Shown: in pieces, positions 26,063 through 38,604 of the stretch
How positions within the stretch are numbered: the stretch's first letter is position 1
How the letters are laid out: the number at the start of each line of letters is the position of its first letter
Assembly (NCBI RefSeq): GCF_001194135.2
Contig: NC_068981.1
Location: 21,800,787-21,864,786, forward strand
Reading direction: 5' to 3'
Length of the DNA stretch: 64,000 bases
Source: Octopus bimaculoides
Taxonomy: Eukaryota
The notes under the pieces: generated by a model
Seen by the model: only the letters and a program-made list of their open reading frames with translations
What the model was told of the DNA's origin: nothing
The model's database searches: none
Translations under genes and position numbers: made by a program

Positions 26063-26324
26063 AAAAAGATTTGAATAACAACTGCGTTTAACTCCATTTA
26101 TTTATTTATCTATATGATACAAAAACATTTCACCTAAACCTGGAGTTTCTATCTTTATGAATAGGCTGTTACATCCTTGTTACTCGTGTGAATTTTTGCT
26201 ACCCTGGTAACTATTTATTTATTGTTCCCATGTTATTTGTAAACACTGAAAAAACACACATACATTTATATATGTATAGATATATATGTGTACACACACA
26301 CATACACACACACANNNNNNNNNN

Positions 26325-26365
<41 letters not shown>

Positions 26366-26534
26366 ATATGTATAAGGGACTGCCACACTATTTGTACCGA
26401 AGTCATTCATAAGGTGTCGGTTGACCTGCAGCTATAGTAGAAAACACTCACTGAAGATGGCATGCATTAGCACTGAACTTGAAATCATGTGGTTGCAAAG
26501 CAATTTTCTTAACCACACAGCCATGCCTGCACCT

Positions 26535-26950
26535 ATACTCTTTACTCTTTTACTCTTTTACTTGTTTCAGTCATTTGACTGTGGCCATGCTGGAGCACTG
26601 CCTTTAGTCGAGAAAATCGACCCCAGGACTTATTCTTTGTAAGCCTAGTACTTATTCTATCGGTCTTTTTTTGCCGAATCACTAAGTTACGGGGACGTAA
26701 ACACACCAACATCGGTTGTCAAGCGATGGTGAGGACAAACACAGAAACACAAACACACATACATATATATATATACATATATACAACGGGCTTCTTTCAG
26801 TTTCCGTCTACCAAATCCACTCACAAGGCTTTGGTCGGCCCGAGGCTATAGTAGAAGACACTTGCCCAAGGTGCCACGCAGTGGGACTGAACCCGGAACC
26901 ATGTGGTTAGTAAGCAAGCTACTTACCACACAACCACTCCTACGCCTATA
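26535..26950 (-). mobile_element. tRNA-derived SINE family B with (GTAAAAGA)n tail; other copies at 16825-17210, 19720-20230, 24085-24765, 46585-47002 (all -), 55395-55620, 59173-59520 (+)
   Basis: A-box/B-box head (tggctgtgtggtaag...ggttcagtcccactg), CORE-like gcaccttgggcaagtgtc, internal (TA/TG)n. Confidence 0.85.
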
Positions 26951-27154
26951 CCTATGCGTATTTATTTCTCAAGAACATAATCAAATGAGTTGTAGATTTA
27001 TATTTTTACTGGAATTCATTAGTACAGATTAATTTGCAATTTGCCTACAAATGCTGGCACTCATTCTTTCAGTAGAGTTAGAAACTTGGAAGCATTAGTT
27101 TCCATTCTCAGAAACATAAAATATAATATTTTTCTTAATGTTTCTATTTTACAG

Positions 27155-27286
27155 ATTTTCTGAAATGTGATGCTAATATGATATGTCACAACTCTGGTAC
27201 CTGTGTTAGACACAATATAACTGCGTATGACTGTAAATGTACTTTTAGGTACACAGGAAAACTATGTGAAACTAGAAAAAAACAAG
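27155..27286 (+). CDS. Exon: last EGF repeat before the SEA domain
   Basis: ttacag|AT ... CAA G|gtaagc; 132 nt, phase 1-1; FLKCDANMICHNSGTCVRHNITAYDCKCTFRYTGKLCETRKKQ. Confidence 0.9.
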
Positions 27287-27460
27287 GTAAGCACTGTCAA
27301 ATACTTTGAAGAAAAATTATATGGGCATAGCTGTGTGGTAAGTAGCTTTCTTACTAAACACATGCTTCTGGGTTCAGTTCCACTGCATGACACCTTGGGT
27401 AAGTGTCTTCTGCTATAGCCCCAGGCTGACCAAAGAAACTGAAACTGAAAGAAGCCTGTC

Positions 27461-27537
<77 letters not shown>

Positions 27538-27720
27538 TGTGTGTGTTTGTGTGTGTGTATGGGCAGCTTTAACTTTTTCTATCCAAAAGGGTTTTACATC
27601 CCATTGTTTGCATGCTATTAATTATAGTTTCATGTGTGCTTCAAGATTTACTATCCCCAAAAAGAGAGTTGCTGGTATTTGTGAATATGTGGTTGAATTG
27701 TTGTGTTGGTTGAACTGTCT

Positions 27721-27818
27721 ATGTGATGCTAATATGATATGTTACAACTCTGGTACCTGTGTTGGACACAATATAACTGCATATGATTGTAAATGTACTT
27801 TTAAGTACACAGGAAAAC
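27721..27818 (+). pseudogene. Partial duplicate of the EGF exon 27155-27286
   Basis: 98-nt match to 27165-27262 with 5 substitutions; lacks the homologous acceptor, sixth Cys and donor. Confidence 0.8.
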
Positions 27819-28638
27819 ACCCAAGTGTGTGCATCTATTCATATAAGAAACTCAGATGAAGAATTTTTGAAATCTCTTACAAATCTTCACTGTGCCACTA
27901 ATAGATCAGATTTGGAGAATGAATGAATAAATGTATGTATGTATGTATGTATGTATGTATGTATGTATGTCCTGCAGAGTGTCCAACAATCACCCTCCTC
28001 ACTAAGCAAGCTTGGTGGGTTTGCCATGTCAAAGGGCAGAAGAGATCATGAGCAGTCAACAGCCATCCAACAATATGCGTACATGTGTATGTATGCATGT
28101 ATGTATGTGCATGGGCATGGAAATACCTGGGTTGGAGTCTAGGTGTGCAGTTGGCTCACTGGGAGTGGGAGGCCCTCTGTTGTTGTCACACCATCTCTCT
28201 AGGAGAGGGGAAACTCTGAGAGAAAACCTGCAACACTGACAATATTTGATGATGCAGACTAGTTCTTCTGTTTGAGTTTATGTTGTCCATGATCAGAGAG
28301 TGAGATTGGATTGTGCAAATCGCTTGAAAACAAATTAGACCTATCACATAACCTTACAGATATTGAGTGGTTAAATAAATATATTCTCCCTTCATACCTC
28401 CTGATTTTTTTGGTTTATGTATGCATATATGTATATATATATATATATATTATTCTTTTATGTTTCAGCCCTAAGGCTAAAGCCATGCATTGTAAATTTG
28501 AAGTTAATTGGGATTTTACAATTTTGACCCTTCACTAAATATTGAGTATCCCATCAGCAATTGTTACACCGTTATTCTTAAACACACTTTAAAATAGTAT
28601 CCTCAATTTAACACTTATATAAATACTTTATATTGCAG

Positions 28639-28727
28639 TAAAGAGAACCTATGATGTGACTGTTGAGGTTCAATATCCTTACTCAAAAACCAGTAACCAA
28701 GAATTTTCAGCTCGTTTTGATAAGGAG
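28639..28727 (+). CDS. Exon: SEA-like domain, part 1
   Basis: ttgcag|TA ... GAG|gtaaac; 89 nt, phase 1-0; KRTYDVTVEVQYPYSKTSNQEFSARFDKE. Confidence 0.8.
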
Positions 28728-29099
28728 GTAAACTTTGTGCTTTAATTTTTGTAACTGTCTTGTCTCTCTGCGTGATTTAATCTTTATACTAATTTTCTGC
28801 GCCACTCAGTATTGTGTATTTATTTAATGATTTATTCGTCTTCACTTTAGCAAGTGCATGATGTCAGCGTTTCGTTGAGGTTTAATAATAAGAGTTATCT
28901 CCCATACTTGCTAGCTTAAAATAATACTGATAATGAACTTATTGTATACAGTACCCATATGCACTACAACTCATCAGAAAAAATAGCCAGAAGTGTATGA
29001 CCAGTACATTGAATAATACATGAACAGTACATTGAATAATGCACAAGATGTGAACAGTGAACGAGTCTTAGCATCAACCAGTAAGGTCTTTGTCAGCCA

Positions 29100-29350
29100 C
29101 TCTCCTGTTATTTGTTTAAAGCCATATATGGTTATAGTACATCCACACTTAGAGTTTGCATCACTAGTATGGAGCCCCTATCTTGCTCAGAATATCTATC
29201 TTCTGGATGCTATTCAGAAACATGCAACCAGTTGAATACCTGCCATCAGGCATCTACCATATTCTGAACGTCTTGTTTTCCTGGGCATGGACACATTAAT
29301 GCTCTGACATCAGGCTAGTGACTTGGTAAACTCCCACAAGATTATCTACC
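29100..29350 (+). mobile_element. CR1/Jockey-like LINE 3' fragment
   Basis: VHPHLEFASLVWSPY...LLDAIQKHAT...IRHLPYSERL. Confidence 0.7.
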
Positions 29351-29745
29351 ATCTTTCCCACAACAATCATGGGCATCCTTTTAAATTCCATATATGTTTA
29401 CAAACAACTCTCTCTCTCTCTTCTGCCATCCCTTTCTGCTATCACATAAGCTGTTTAACTAAATCACAAATAAGGGACAAAACCTGTTTCTTGGGACTGT
29501 TGCACTCCATACAAACTTGTAACAATGAGATGGGTGATGAAGTGAAAACGACTGACTGCTCTTCTCACTCATCCAACATAATTTATTTCTTATTGTGATT
29601 CCAATGTGTTTCCGTACATCTAATTTTCTTCACTGTACAAAAAGATGACAACATTTCTCAAATGTTAAAGATGTTTTGAATGCAAAATATGGAAATCAAA
29701 AGCCAATTGATTGTTATATGTCATTTTACTCACTATTTTTTTTAG

Positions 29746-29810
29746 CTAAAATCATTATACCAGAAAGTTATGAAAAATGTCCAGATGGAAGTGAATGTTA
29801 AAAACCTGAA
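29746..29810 (+). CDS. Exon: SEA-like domain, part 2
   Basis: ttttag|CTA ... CTG AA|gtatgt; 65 nt, phase 0-2; LKSLYQKVMKNVQMEVNVKNL. Confidence 0.8.
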
Positions 29811-30019
29811 GTATGTCATATTTTTTTATGTTCTAAAAAATATATCTTGGGGGAAATATAAATATTTCTTTATAGGTAACCCATTAATTAAATTAATAGT
29901 GACATTATATCTGATTATAGAATCACATGCAAGAAACATATTTTCCATAACAATAATTTACTCTTTACATATTAAAAGTTTATATTCTCATTTCCCATAC
30001 ATTATGATTTTCTTTTCAG

Positions 30020-30201
30020 GCCTGGCTTTTCTTTTAATGATACTGTGGTTCAATTTGAAATGATTATCATTGAATATATAAACTCTGCTGACCATGAATC
30101 AGTTACAAGTGAATATGCAATAAAACGAGTCATTGAAGATGCTTTGTTTCGAAACACACTTGGTGGATTTAAGGCATCTCATCGGCAGTTCAAATTTAAC
30201 G
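30020..30201 (+). CDS. Exon: SEA-like domain, part 3
   Basis: tttcag|G ... AAC G|gtaata; 182 nt, phase 2-1; PGFSFNDTVVQFEMIII...IEDALFRNTLGGFKASHRQFKFN. Confidence 0.82.
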
Positions 30202-33200
30202 GTAATATTTGAAAATTTTTACTTTTTACAACATAGACTTTGAGCATAATTTTTGTCCAATAAATGTTTCATCAGATTATAGTGTTAGAATTGACTGTCT
30301 TCTCATTATTCTGCATGACTGTTGTATTACTGACTTTATAGCTATTCATTTGCTTCATGTTTCTTGCAACTTGTGTACTGAATAATAGCTGTGAGTAAAT
30401 CTAATTAATATGTGAATTAATATGAAGTTAATGTCATGTAGCTTACGTTTAGACACAGGTTGAAGTTCCATCTTTGAAAAGCATAAAAGCCGATAATTAT
30501 AGGAATGATGCCAAATGGTTTGGTAAATACTGTATATGACAGTTTGGTAAATGTTGCAAACATGTTTGGTAAATCTGTTTGTCAAAAGCAAAATAACTGA
30601 CCTTCAGAGTAAGAGAATTCTCATAAATCAAGTATTTTGGCTCTTCACTTTATGATACTCAAATGGTTAGGCTATATTCAAATCAGGGTTCCTTTGTGCT
30701 GTGATATTGTTTTATCAAAGGAGTCAGCTTATAGAACTTATAGAGACTCTGTTTTGTGTGTTGCTCCACATATATTCCATGTGCATCATCTCAACTGCAC
30801 ATGAGAAAAAAGCAATCATTCTTTGTACTAAAACTCAGTGTAATATCAGTGTCAGTGTTCAGCTCTCTCTATCTGTAGGCATTAGGACTCTTACAACACA
30901 CATTGTTTTTTTCCACTAATACCAAACTGATTCAGAAGATCATACTCTGATGTAAAGAGCAATCCTTGGGCACATACCACTAGTGTGTCTTACAACATGC
31001 CTTAAAACATTCAGCATGTTTTAAGACATAAGTCACTCCAATATATTTACCTCCATCTTGAACTTTAAAGTTGTTCAGTTAGTTCAATCCTGAAAATCAG
31101 GTGGGTGACTATATAAGTGTTATATAGTCAGAGTACTTTCTAGTAGACTACCTGTAATTATGTATTTAACCCAGGCAAGTGTATAGCTGTTTATCAGCAG
31201 TCATATACATTGTTGCAGAATGGTTGACATATCAGTAAACCTGGATTGAGGATAAAATATTTAAATTATGCTCCTCTTTTGATGGTCTGTTCCAGCATTT
31301 ACAACTGATCAAAGTAAACAGAGACAGAAATAAATATAAATGATACTCTGAGCAGTCTCAAAGGACCTCAATGTTTCTGATAAGCCACATTTTGGAATTG
31401 GTTTGTTTCCTGTACATCCTACTATTGCTGCATGTGGCAACATTCTAAGATTGCTGCAAGCAATTAGAAATAACTGAGATGAAATAAGATCTGTTATATT
31501 ATGTAAGACAGCATTTCAAAGTGATTACTTGACACAGAGAACAAATAAACGTGTTTCAAGGAAAAGAAACAAAAATTATTTAAAATTGCAGTGGAAATAT
31601 GTGACTGCAAGCTGGGAAGATGTGTTGGACCACAAGTCTGAGCAGGAATAAAACTGATGTTCTAGAACAGGGGTCAGCAATTGTTAGATAATGAAGTGTT
31701 CTTTGTATTCTTTTCTAAAATTTTATCCAGTTAAAGGAATTTAGAGCCATTGAGTAGTTGCTAGCTTTTAGACAATATTTTGTGTTATGATTTGTTTAAC
31801 TTTTGCTTACATATACATTGCTAGTGATGGAAATGGTGGGGATATATGGGAATATTGTCATATGTAGAATCTGATATAACATATATACAGGGCATTGGCA
31901 AATGATAAAAAACCTAAACAAATCAAAAGTGCATTACTAAAAGAAGTTGTTGATCCCTGTGCTAGAACAACATATCAATCTTTATAACACCATGTCTTTG
32001 TAATCATCATGTCTTAAATAGTGTCTATAATATTGATTTCTAATTTTGGCACAAGGCCAGTAATTTTGAGGAAGAGGGTTCAACTGGTACTTATTTTTTA
32101 TCCTCCTCAAAAGGATGAAAGGCAAAGTCAACCTCAGTGGAATTTGAACTCAGAACACGAAGAGGGAGAAAATGCCACTAAGCATTTTGCCTGGCATGCT
32201 AACAATTCTGTCAGTTTGTCACTGACAGTGTCTGTAATATTACAAATGAGACAGGCTGGAGAGTTGGAAGAATCACTAGCATGCCAGGCAAAATGCTTAG
32301 CAGTATTTCATCTGTCTTTATGCTCTGAGTTCAAATTTTGCCGAGGTTAACTTTGCCTTTCATCCTTTTGGGATTAATAAAATAAGGACCAGTTGAGAAC
32401 TGGAGTCAATATAACTGACTTTCTTGCCCCTGAATTTGCTGGCCGTTTACCAAAATTTGAAACAAATATTACAAATGAGACAAAGAGACAGAAAATCATA
32501 TCAGAACTTTTTAATACTGTTTATAATATTCCATATCATAAATAATATTGGGTCATCATTTATGGATAATTTTGAACCTTTAATAATGTGTTTGTCCAAA
32601 TGTTTCTAGTTACGTTTGTTTTTATAATATAGTTGCATGTAGTAGAAATTCAAGTTTTCTTTTTTAATATCTGTATGTGGTTGCATGTGTAAGTGTGTAT
32701 AATAGTTGATCATCAATGAGTTATATTTTAGTAAGAGCTTGTTCTAGTTTTAATGTTTATTGCTTTGATAACAAATTCAAACTAGTTTATAACTCAGACA
32801 TACTGAATGTTGGTGGGTAAAAATATAAAAAAAAAGAAAAGAAAGAACTATGACACAAAATAAATTAGTTAAGATTCTGTATTGGTTCAAATCTATGACA
32901 AATGTACTTCCTTGATGCTGCTTGATTCACATCAAGTGAAGTAGATGTAGAGAGGAAATATGCTAAGATACTAGCCTCTCATCAGGCAGTTTAAAAAAAA
33001 AATCTTTTCATAAACCCAACTCATGACACCACCGATCGTTAAGGTTTTCCATAGTCCATCACAACATAAAGGAAGGAAAGAGTAAACAAAATATGTTTTA
33101 GTCAAATGAAAGAGATGGTTCAAGGTAGGAAGGGTGGGGGGTTCTCTTAAGAATAGAAGATTATGTAAGGATTAAAATGGCTTTAGAAACCTACCTGGTT

Positions 33201-33953
33201 TATGTGTGTATATGTGGTGGTAGTTTTAGAAGCGATTGCAAGACTCAGCAGCTGACAGGATCAGGGAAAATAATAGCTTATATGATGTGTTTGTAGTACG
33301 TTAGTAAGTCTTTGTCACTAAAGATAGATCCTGAGTAAGTTAGGGAAAAGGAGATGACTGATCAATTCAGTGTGTCTATGAATGAGGAAGGCTCAATAGA
33401 TGGATAAATTAAATTAGAGGTAAATGTGAAGCTTTTAATACATGATGATGCTGAATACTGTATCATGGTAGAGGAGTTGACTAAGAATCTTGAACTCAAA
33501 GAAGAATCAGAGGACAAAGACAACAGGAAGAATTACTGTAAGTCTGTCCAAATCTTAACAGCATGGAAAAACAGTTAAGCAATTCATGCTAATGTTGTTG
33601 ATGGTGGTGCTCTGATTAAACACAACCTATGATTGAATGTTTTCCATCTGTGACCATCCCATCTTTTACTCGGAATTAGTGTAGATTAGATTATATTATC
33701 CTATTTTTGTTTTCTCAAAATGGTTGGATGTGATGAGAGAGATTTGGCTGCTATGGTGTATGGTGGTGATGGTAATCATGTTACTGATAAGAGGATAGAA
33801 TGAGATGATTGGGTGTGGCTATTTGGATACTGGTAATTTGGCATGGCTGACAAGATATTCAATCTGTTTTGGCAACAGTACATTTTGGCACTGGAGGAAA
33901 ACACACATGTGCAAAGAAATATACTCATCTCTTTCTATCTGTCTGTCAGTCTG

Positions 33954-34028
<75 letters not shown>

Positions 34029-34544
34029 TATGAGAGAGTGAGAAAGAGAGAGACATTATAATTTATTAATAATTGAACCTGATCAACATCAACAGTCTCA
34101 TTCATCATATACATATATGAAGTGCAGTAGAAAGTTAAATGAAGTTTAATAGTTGTGTTAACTAGAATAAAAAACAAATTTTCACAGTGCCAAAAGGTCC
34201 TAGAGAACAAAGCATTTGATGTCGAATAAGTCAATGTCAAACCAGCCCTGCCAAAACAGTTGTGGCAAAATATCTGATACCCATAATAGGAAAGGTAACT
34301 TAAAAAAGAACCGTTTTAATGAATCTTGTTTATACAAAGAAATGTTTGTTTAATTAAGTAGAGTATTTCAGAATATTTAGAGTACATATGTCTCAACTGA
34401 TAAATATTGGAAATTTCTTATTTTAAGTATTTCTTACTTTAACTACTGATTCCCTCCTCTCAAGAACTGAATTCTCAACTCACATGCAGTTCTAGAAATT
34501 ATTCTTATAGATTTCTTTCTGATCCTTATTTTTTATTCCCCTAG

Positions 34545-34668
34545 AGGTCACAGATAGAATGGTACGTAGTAGTACTGTGTTCTATGTTCTACTGGCTATA
34601 TTTATTGTGGCCATTGTTGCTGTTGGAGTCTGGATTTACTTCAGAAAGTTTCGGCGCAGGGAACCACC
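34545..34668 (+). CDS. Exon: transmembrane helix and basic stop-transfer segment
   Basis: ccctag|AG ... CC|gtgagt; 124 nt, phase 1-2; VFYVLLAIFIVAIVAVGVWIYF followed by RKFRRR. Confidence 0.9.
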
Positions 34669-35625
34669 GTGAGTTGGCAGCAATTTATTTTGGCTTTTTT
34701 TTTTCTCTGCTACATTATTAATAGATTTGAGTTTAGCTTTTATCATCATCATCATCATCATCATTAGTAAACTAGACATTAGTATGGCTTCATCTCAGAG
34801 GTCAAGCTATACTAATGATAGTTTTAACCTGATTAGTTAGCTAACAGACTCCTGGATGAGAGATATCAGTGTGGCCTTATTAGTGACGTAGTGGTCAGTT
34901 GATTAAGAGAGAAGCCTGATGATATAGTTGATACTGGGGGAAGTTTAGGGATATTGTTGTTGCCTGAGTAAGAGTGTGTCAGTTATATGGTAGTCACATG
35001 ACTAAGAAGGGGTCAGTTACATAGTGGTGTCTTGAGTAAAAGAAGGGTGGAAAATGATGAGATATTCATCTGAAATAGAAATATCCAGGTTGAATAGAAA
35101 GAGTCACACTTATCCTAAATTAGTGTTTTTCAGAAGAGAATCAGAGGGATTGAACCCTCTATTTCACTGCTCTGATAGATCAGGGAATCTTACACAATTT
35201 TCACTGCAAACAACAACACTATCATCATCATTGTTATTATCACCGTTAACATTCTCTTCCTGCTCTACCATCATTGTCATTCTCTTTGCCATCATCATCA
35301 TCAACATCAACATCCCCACCTCTGCCACAACCACCATCACCACCACCACCACCACCACCACCACCATGCTCATCTTCGTCTTAAACCATCAGTTGCTTTA
35401 TACATTAAATCTGAATTCAGTACACAAGACAAAATACAGAATAAGATTCTATATATTCTAGAATAACTGATATTTTGATAAGGAAATTGTATGATACTGG
35501 CTGCATTAAAATACTGTATATTTGCATTGAGGCTGTCTGAATGCATGTGTGTGTGTGTGTGCATGTGTGTGCGTCTCTGTATTTGACCAGCTTTTTTTTT
35601 AATGATACTCTATAATTCCTTGCAG

Positions 35626-35732
35626 AACTCTAAACTCTGAACAGAATAACTGGAACACAATGCAACACACAAATAACCCTGCTTACAGTCCAACACTCAT
35701 CCGAAGACCTCCTCCACCCATTCCAATTGAAG
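35626..35732 (+). CDS. Exon: juxtamembrane cytoplasmic segment (NPAY, RRPPPPIP)
   Basis: ttgcag|A ... GAA G|gtagga; 107 nt, phase 2-1, bridging the TM exon and the last exon in frame. Confidence 0.85.
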
Positions 35733-36189
35733 GTAGGAACTTTTCTAAATCCTTGTTCAATCCATGATAAAAATCATCATCATCATCATTTAACGTCTGT
35801 TTCCCTTGCTGGCATGGGTTGGATGGTTTGACAGGAGCTGGCAAGCTGAAGGGTTGCACCAGGCTCCAGTCATGTTTTGATATGGTGTCTATGCCAACCA
35901 CTTTACAGAGTAAACTGGGTACTTTCTACATGATGCTGGCATGGGTACCTTCATACATGGTGTTAGCATGGGTACTTTTTTATGTGGGTTCTATATAGTT
36001 GCTTTTCCATGTGGCTCCAGCATGGGTGTCCTGAACACAACACTGGCACTGGTCTGTTTTACATGATGCCAGCACAGGTGCATTCTACATGGCACCAGCA
36101 TGGGTGCTTTTTAGATGGTGCTGGTAGGGCTGCTTTTTACATGGTGTCAGAACAGGTGCTTTTTATATGGCACCAATACTTGTGGGATG

Positions 36190-36430
36190 TGGAGGCACGT
36201 GGCTTAGTGGTTAGGGTGTTGGATTCATAATCGTAAGATTGTGGTTTTGATTCCTGGACTGGGTACGCATAGTGTTCTTGTGCAAAACACTTCCTTTCAC
36301 TCCAATCCACTCACCTGGCAAAAATGAATAATCCTGTGATGGACTGGCGTCCCGTCCAGGTGTGGAATATATACACCATGAAACCAGTAAACTGGCCCTT
36401 ATGAGTCGGCAAGACTCAAGAAGGTAGCTT
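36190..36430 (+). mobile_element. tRNA-derived SINE family D; related copies at 1375-1690, 36630-36860, 50223-50530(-), 56815-57030
   Basis: tggcttagtggttagggtgttgga head, gtg.tcttg.gcaa.acactt core, cctgtgatggactggcgtcccgtccagg. Confidence 0.7.
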
Positions 36431-37666
36431 TACCTATACTTTAATCCCTATGAGATCAGTAAGTGACTTGCAAGACAAGGACATCTCAACTGAAGAAGGG
36501 AGAGAAACAGAGAAGTGGCCATGTGTCAGGTGAGAAGTTGGAGTATGACAGAGGTTCAGGGATAGCTGTCCTTCAACTGAAGAGATTAAGTAGATATGAT
36601 TAATGTAAGGCACAGAACTGTATCTATTTTAGTGGTTAGGGTTTTTGGACACACAATCTTAAGGTTCTGATTTTGATTCCTAGACTAGGTGACATACTGT
36701 TCTTGAGCAAAACACTTCATTTCATGTTGCTCCAGTTCACTCAACTGAAAATTAGTACCAGCAATAGCTGGAAGTTTATCCTGAAATGGACTGACATCTC
36801 CATTCAGGAGAGAGTACTGTACTCTTGGTCGTTCATATGCCATACAAACAGGGATAAACTGTAACCTAAAGAGTCTGTAAGGTCGTGGCAAACTTAAGAC
36901 CTAAGTTTCAATGGCTTTTAGTTTTGTCTGATGTACAATAAATGCCAGGTCTATGTCTCTTTATGATTATATATCTAATCTGAAATCTTGATTCACAGTT
37001 TTATTCTTTGTCATGCTATTGTTGTTTGATTCCAGGTCAACCTAGTCCAGCAGAAGTATGATTAAAGGTATCTTAGCCTTGACCATCGCATTTTCATTAG
37101 GATATAATGTATTTAGAACTGCATTTGCTAACGTGTCCCTTTTTTTAAGAAAATAAGGTATGACCAGGGGAATATTTTGCTGTTATTTCTGACTGAGTGA
37201 TTATATAGAGGTTCAGAGGTATTAATTGTTAATACAGATAGTCTGAAGTTGATACTGTTTGTTAGTACAGACAGGACTGATGAATGTACTATTTGATACC
37301 TCAGACAGATCAAGGTACTGTTTGTTAATACATATAAACTGTTGTACTATTTTGTTCATACATGTAAACTGGGATAAACTATTTAAGATAGAAATGCATA
37401 ATTACTAAAAGGTGCATTAGTGATGGACTTGTCTTAGCATGCGGCTGGCAGTGAGTACATGATATTGACAAAGCCCAGTGCAGTAAAAATAAACATGTAG
37501 CATTTTAACTGCTGTTGTTAGATGATTTTGGTCTGCTGCTCTTACAGTTTTGTGTTCTTAAAGTAAAGGATTAAAAATTTTTTTTTCTGTTTGATTCAAA
37601 AATTGTTTTCCAAAGTTTTTTTCGAACATCTTATGCTATCCTTTGTCTTTCTTTACTTTTTCGCAG

Positions 37667-38271
37667 ACAATCATTATGCAGAACTTTCAGATGTGGTACC
37701 GAATTACATGAAACATTCTCCAAAAGCAGCAAACTGTGAGAAATTTGAACACCCCTTAGAAATCAAAACATTTGAGGATGATCCACCTAGTTCCCTTGGC
37801 AAAATCAGTCCCCTTACCAAAAATTGGTCATGGATTAATGAAGAACCCGAAAAGGAGAGTAAAGATAAAACTCAATTTAAGCTCCAAGATGGTGTCTCTA
37901 ACAGAGCTTATGATGCTGGTGATTATATGGTGCCTGTCAGTGAATGGTCTGGAGAATCAACGGCAGATGAAAAAGAAGTTGAAGATGAGGTAGAAGTTCA
38001 CTATGAGTATGAGAGCCAGCCACAATATCTTGAACTCGACGACACTGGTAACAAATCAAAAGTTCCAGCTGAATTAAAGCCACCACTTCCTAAATTAGAT
38101 GATGACTTGCCTCCACCATCACCACCTGCTCTACCACCTCCACCCCCACATGAACTCAGACCCCTTCAACCCTCACCAGTAGCACGGCCAAGAGGGAGGC
38201 CACAGGCTCAAAGTGCAATGTTATCACAAAGAAAACTTCCACCTTTGCCAACACGACGTAAACGCCATTGA
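37667..38271 (+). CDS. Terminal exon: Tyr-motif, acidic and Pro-rich cytoplasmic tail
   Basis: tcgcag|AC; 605 nt open to TGA; NHYAEL...DYMVP...QYLEL...LPPPPPHE...RKLPPLPTRRKRH*. Confidence 0.92.
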
Positions 38272-38329
38272 TCTATTTGACTGTTTATTGGCATCAAAAA
38301 TAATTATGCACACACACGCACACGTATAA

Positions 38330-38368
<39 letters not shown>

Positions 38369-38604
38369 CATGTATATATGTATATATGTATGTATATATG
38401 TATATGTATATGTAAATATATCTGTANNNNNNNNNNNNNNNNNNNNNNNNNNNNNNNNNNNNNNNNNNNNNNNNNNNNNNNNNNNNNNNNNNNNNNNNNN
38501 NNNNNNNNNNNNNNNNNNNNNNNNNNNNNNNNNNNNNNNNNNNNNNNNNNNNNNNNNNNNNNNNNNNNNNNNNNNNNNNNNNNNNNNNNNNNNNNNNNNN
38601 NNNN

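Larger units (their letters stand above)
25446..26104. mobile_element. Foldback element, inverted Penelope-like terminal repeats
   Basis: Arms 25446-25651 and 25899-26104, about 8 differences over about 195 nt by eye; each arm carries a hammerhead. Confidence 0.8.

Noticed and set aside
32955-32980. CUGAUGA-GAGG on the minus strand
   Set aside because: No GAAA after the possible stem II
33190-33600. Purine-rich block with faint LINE-like peptides
   Set aside because: Too degenerate to assign
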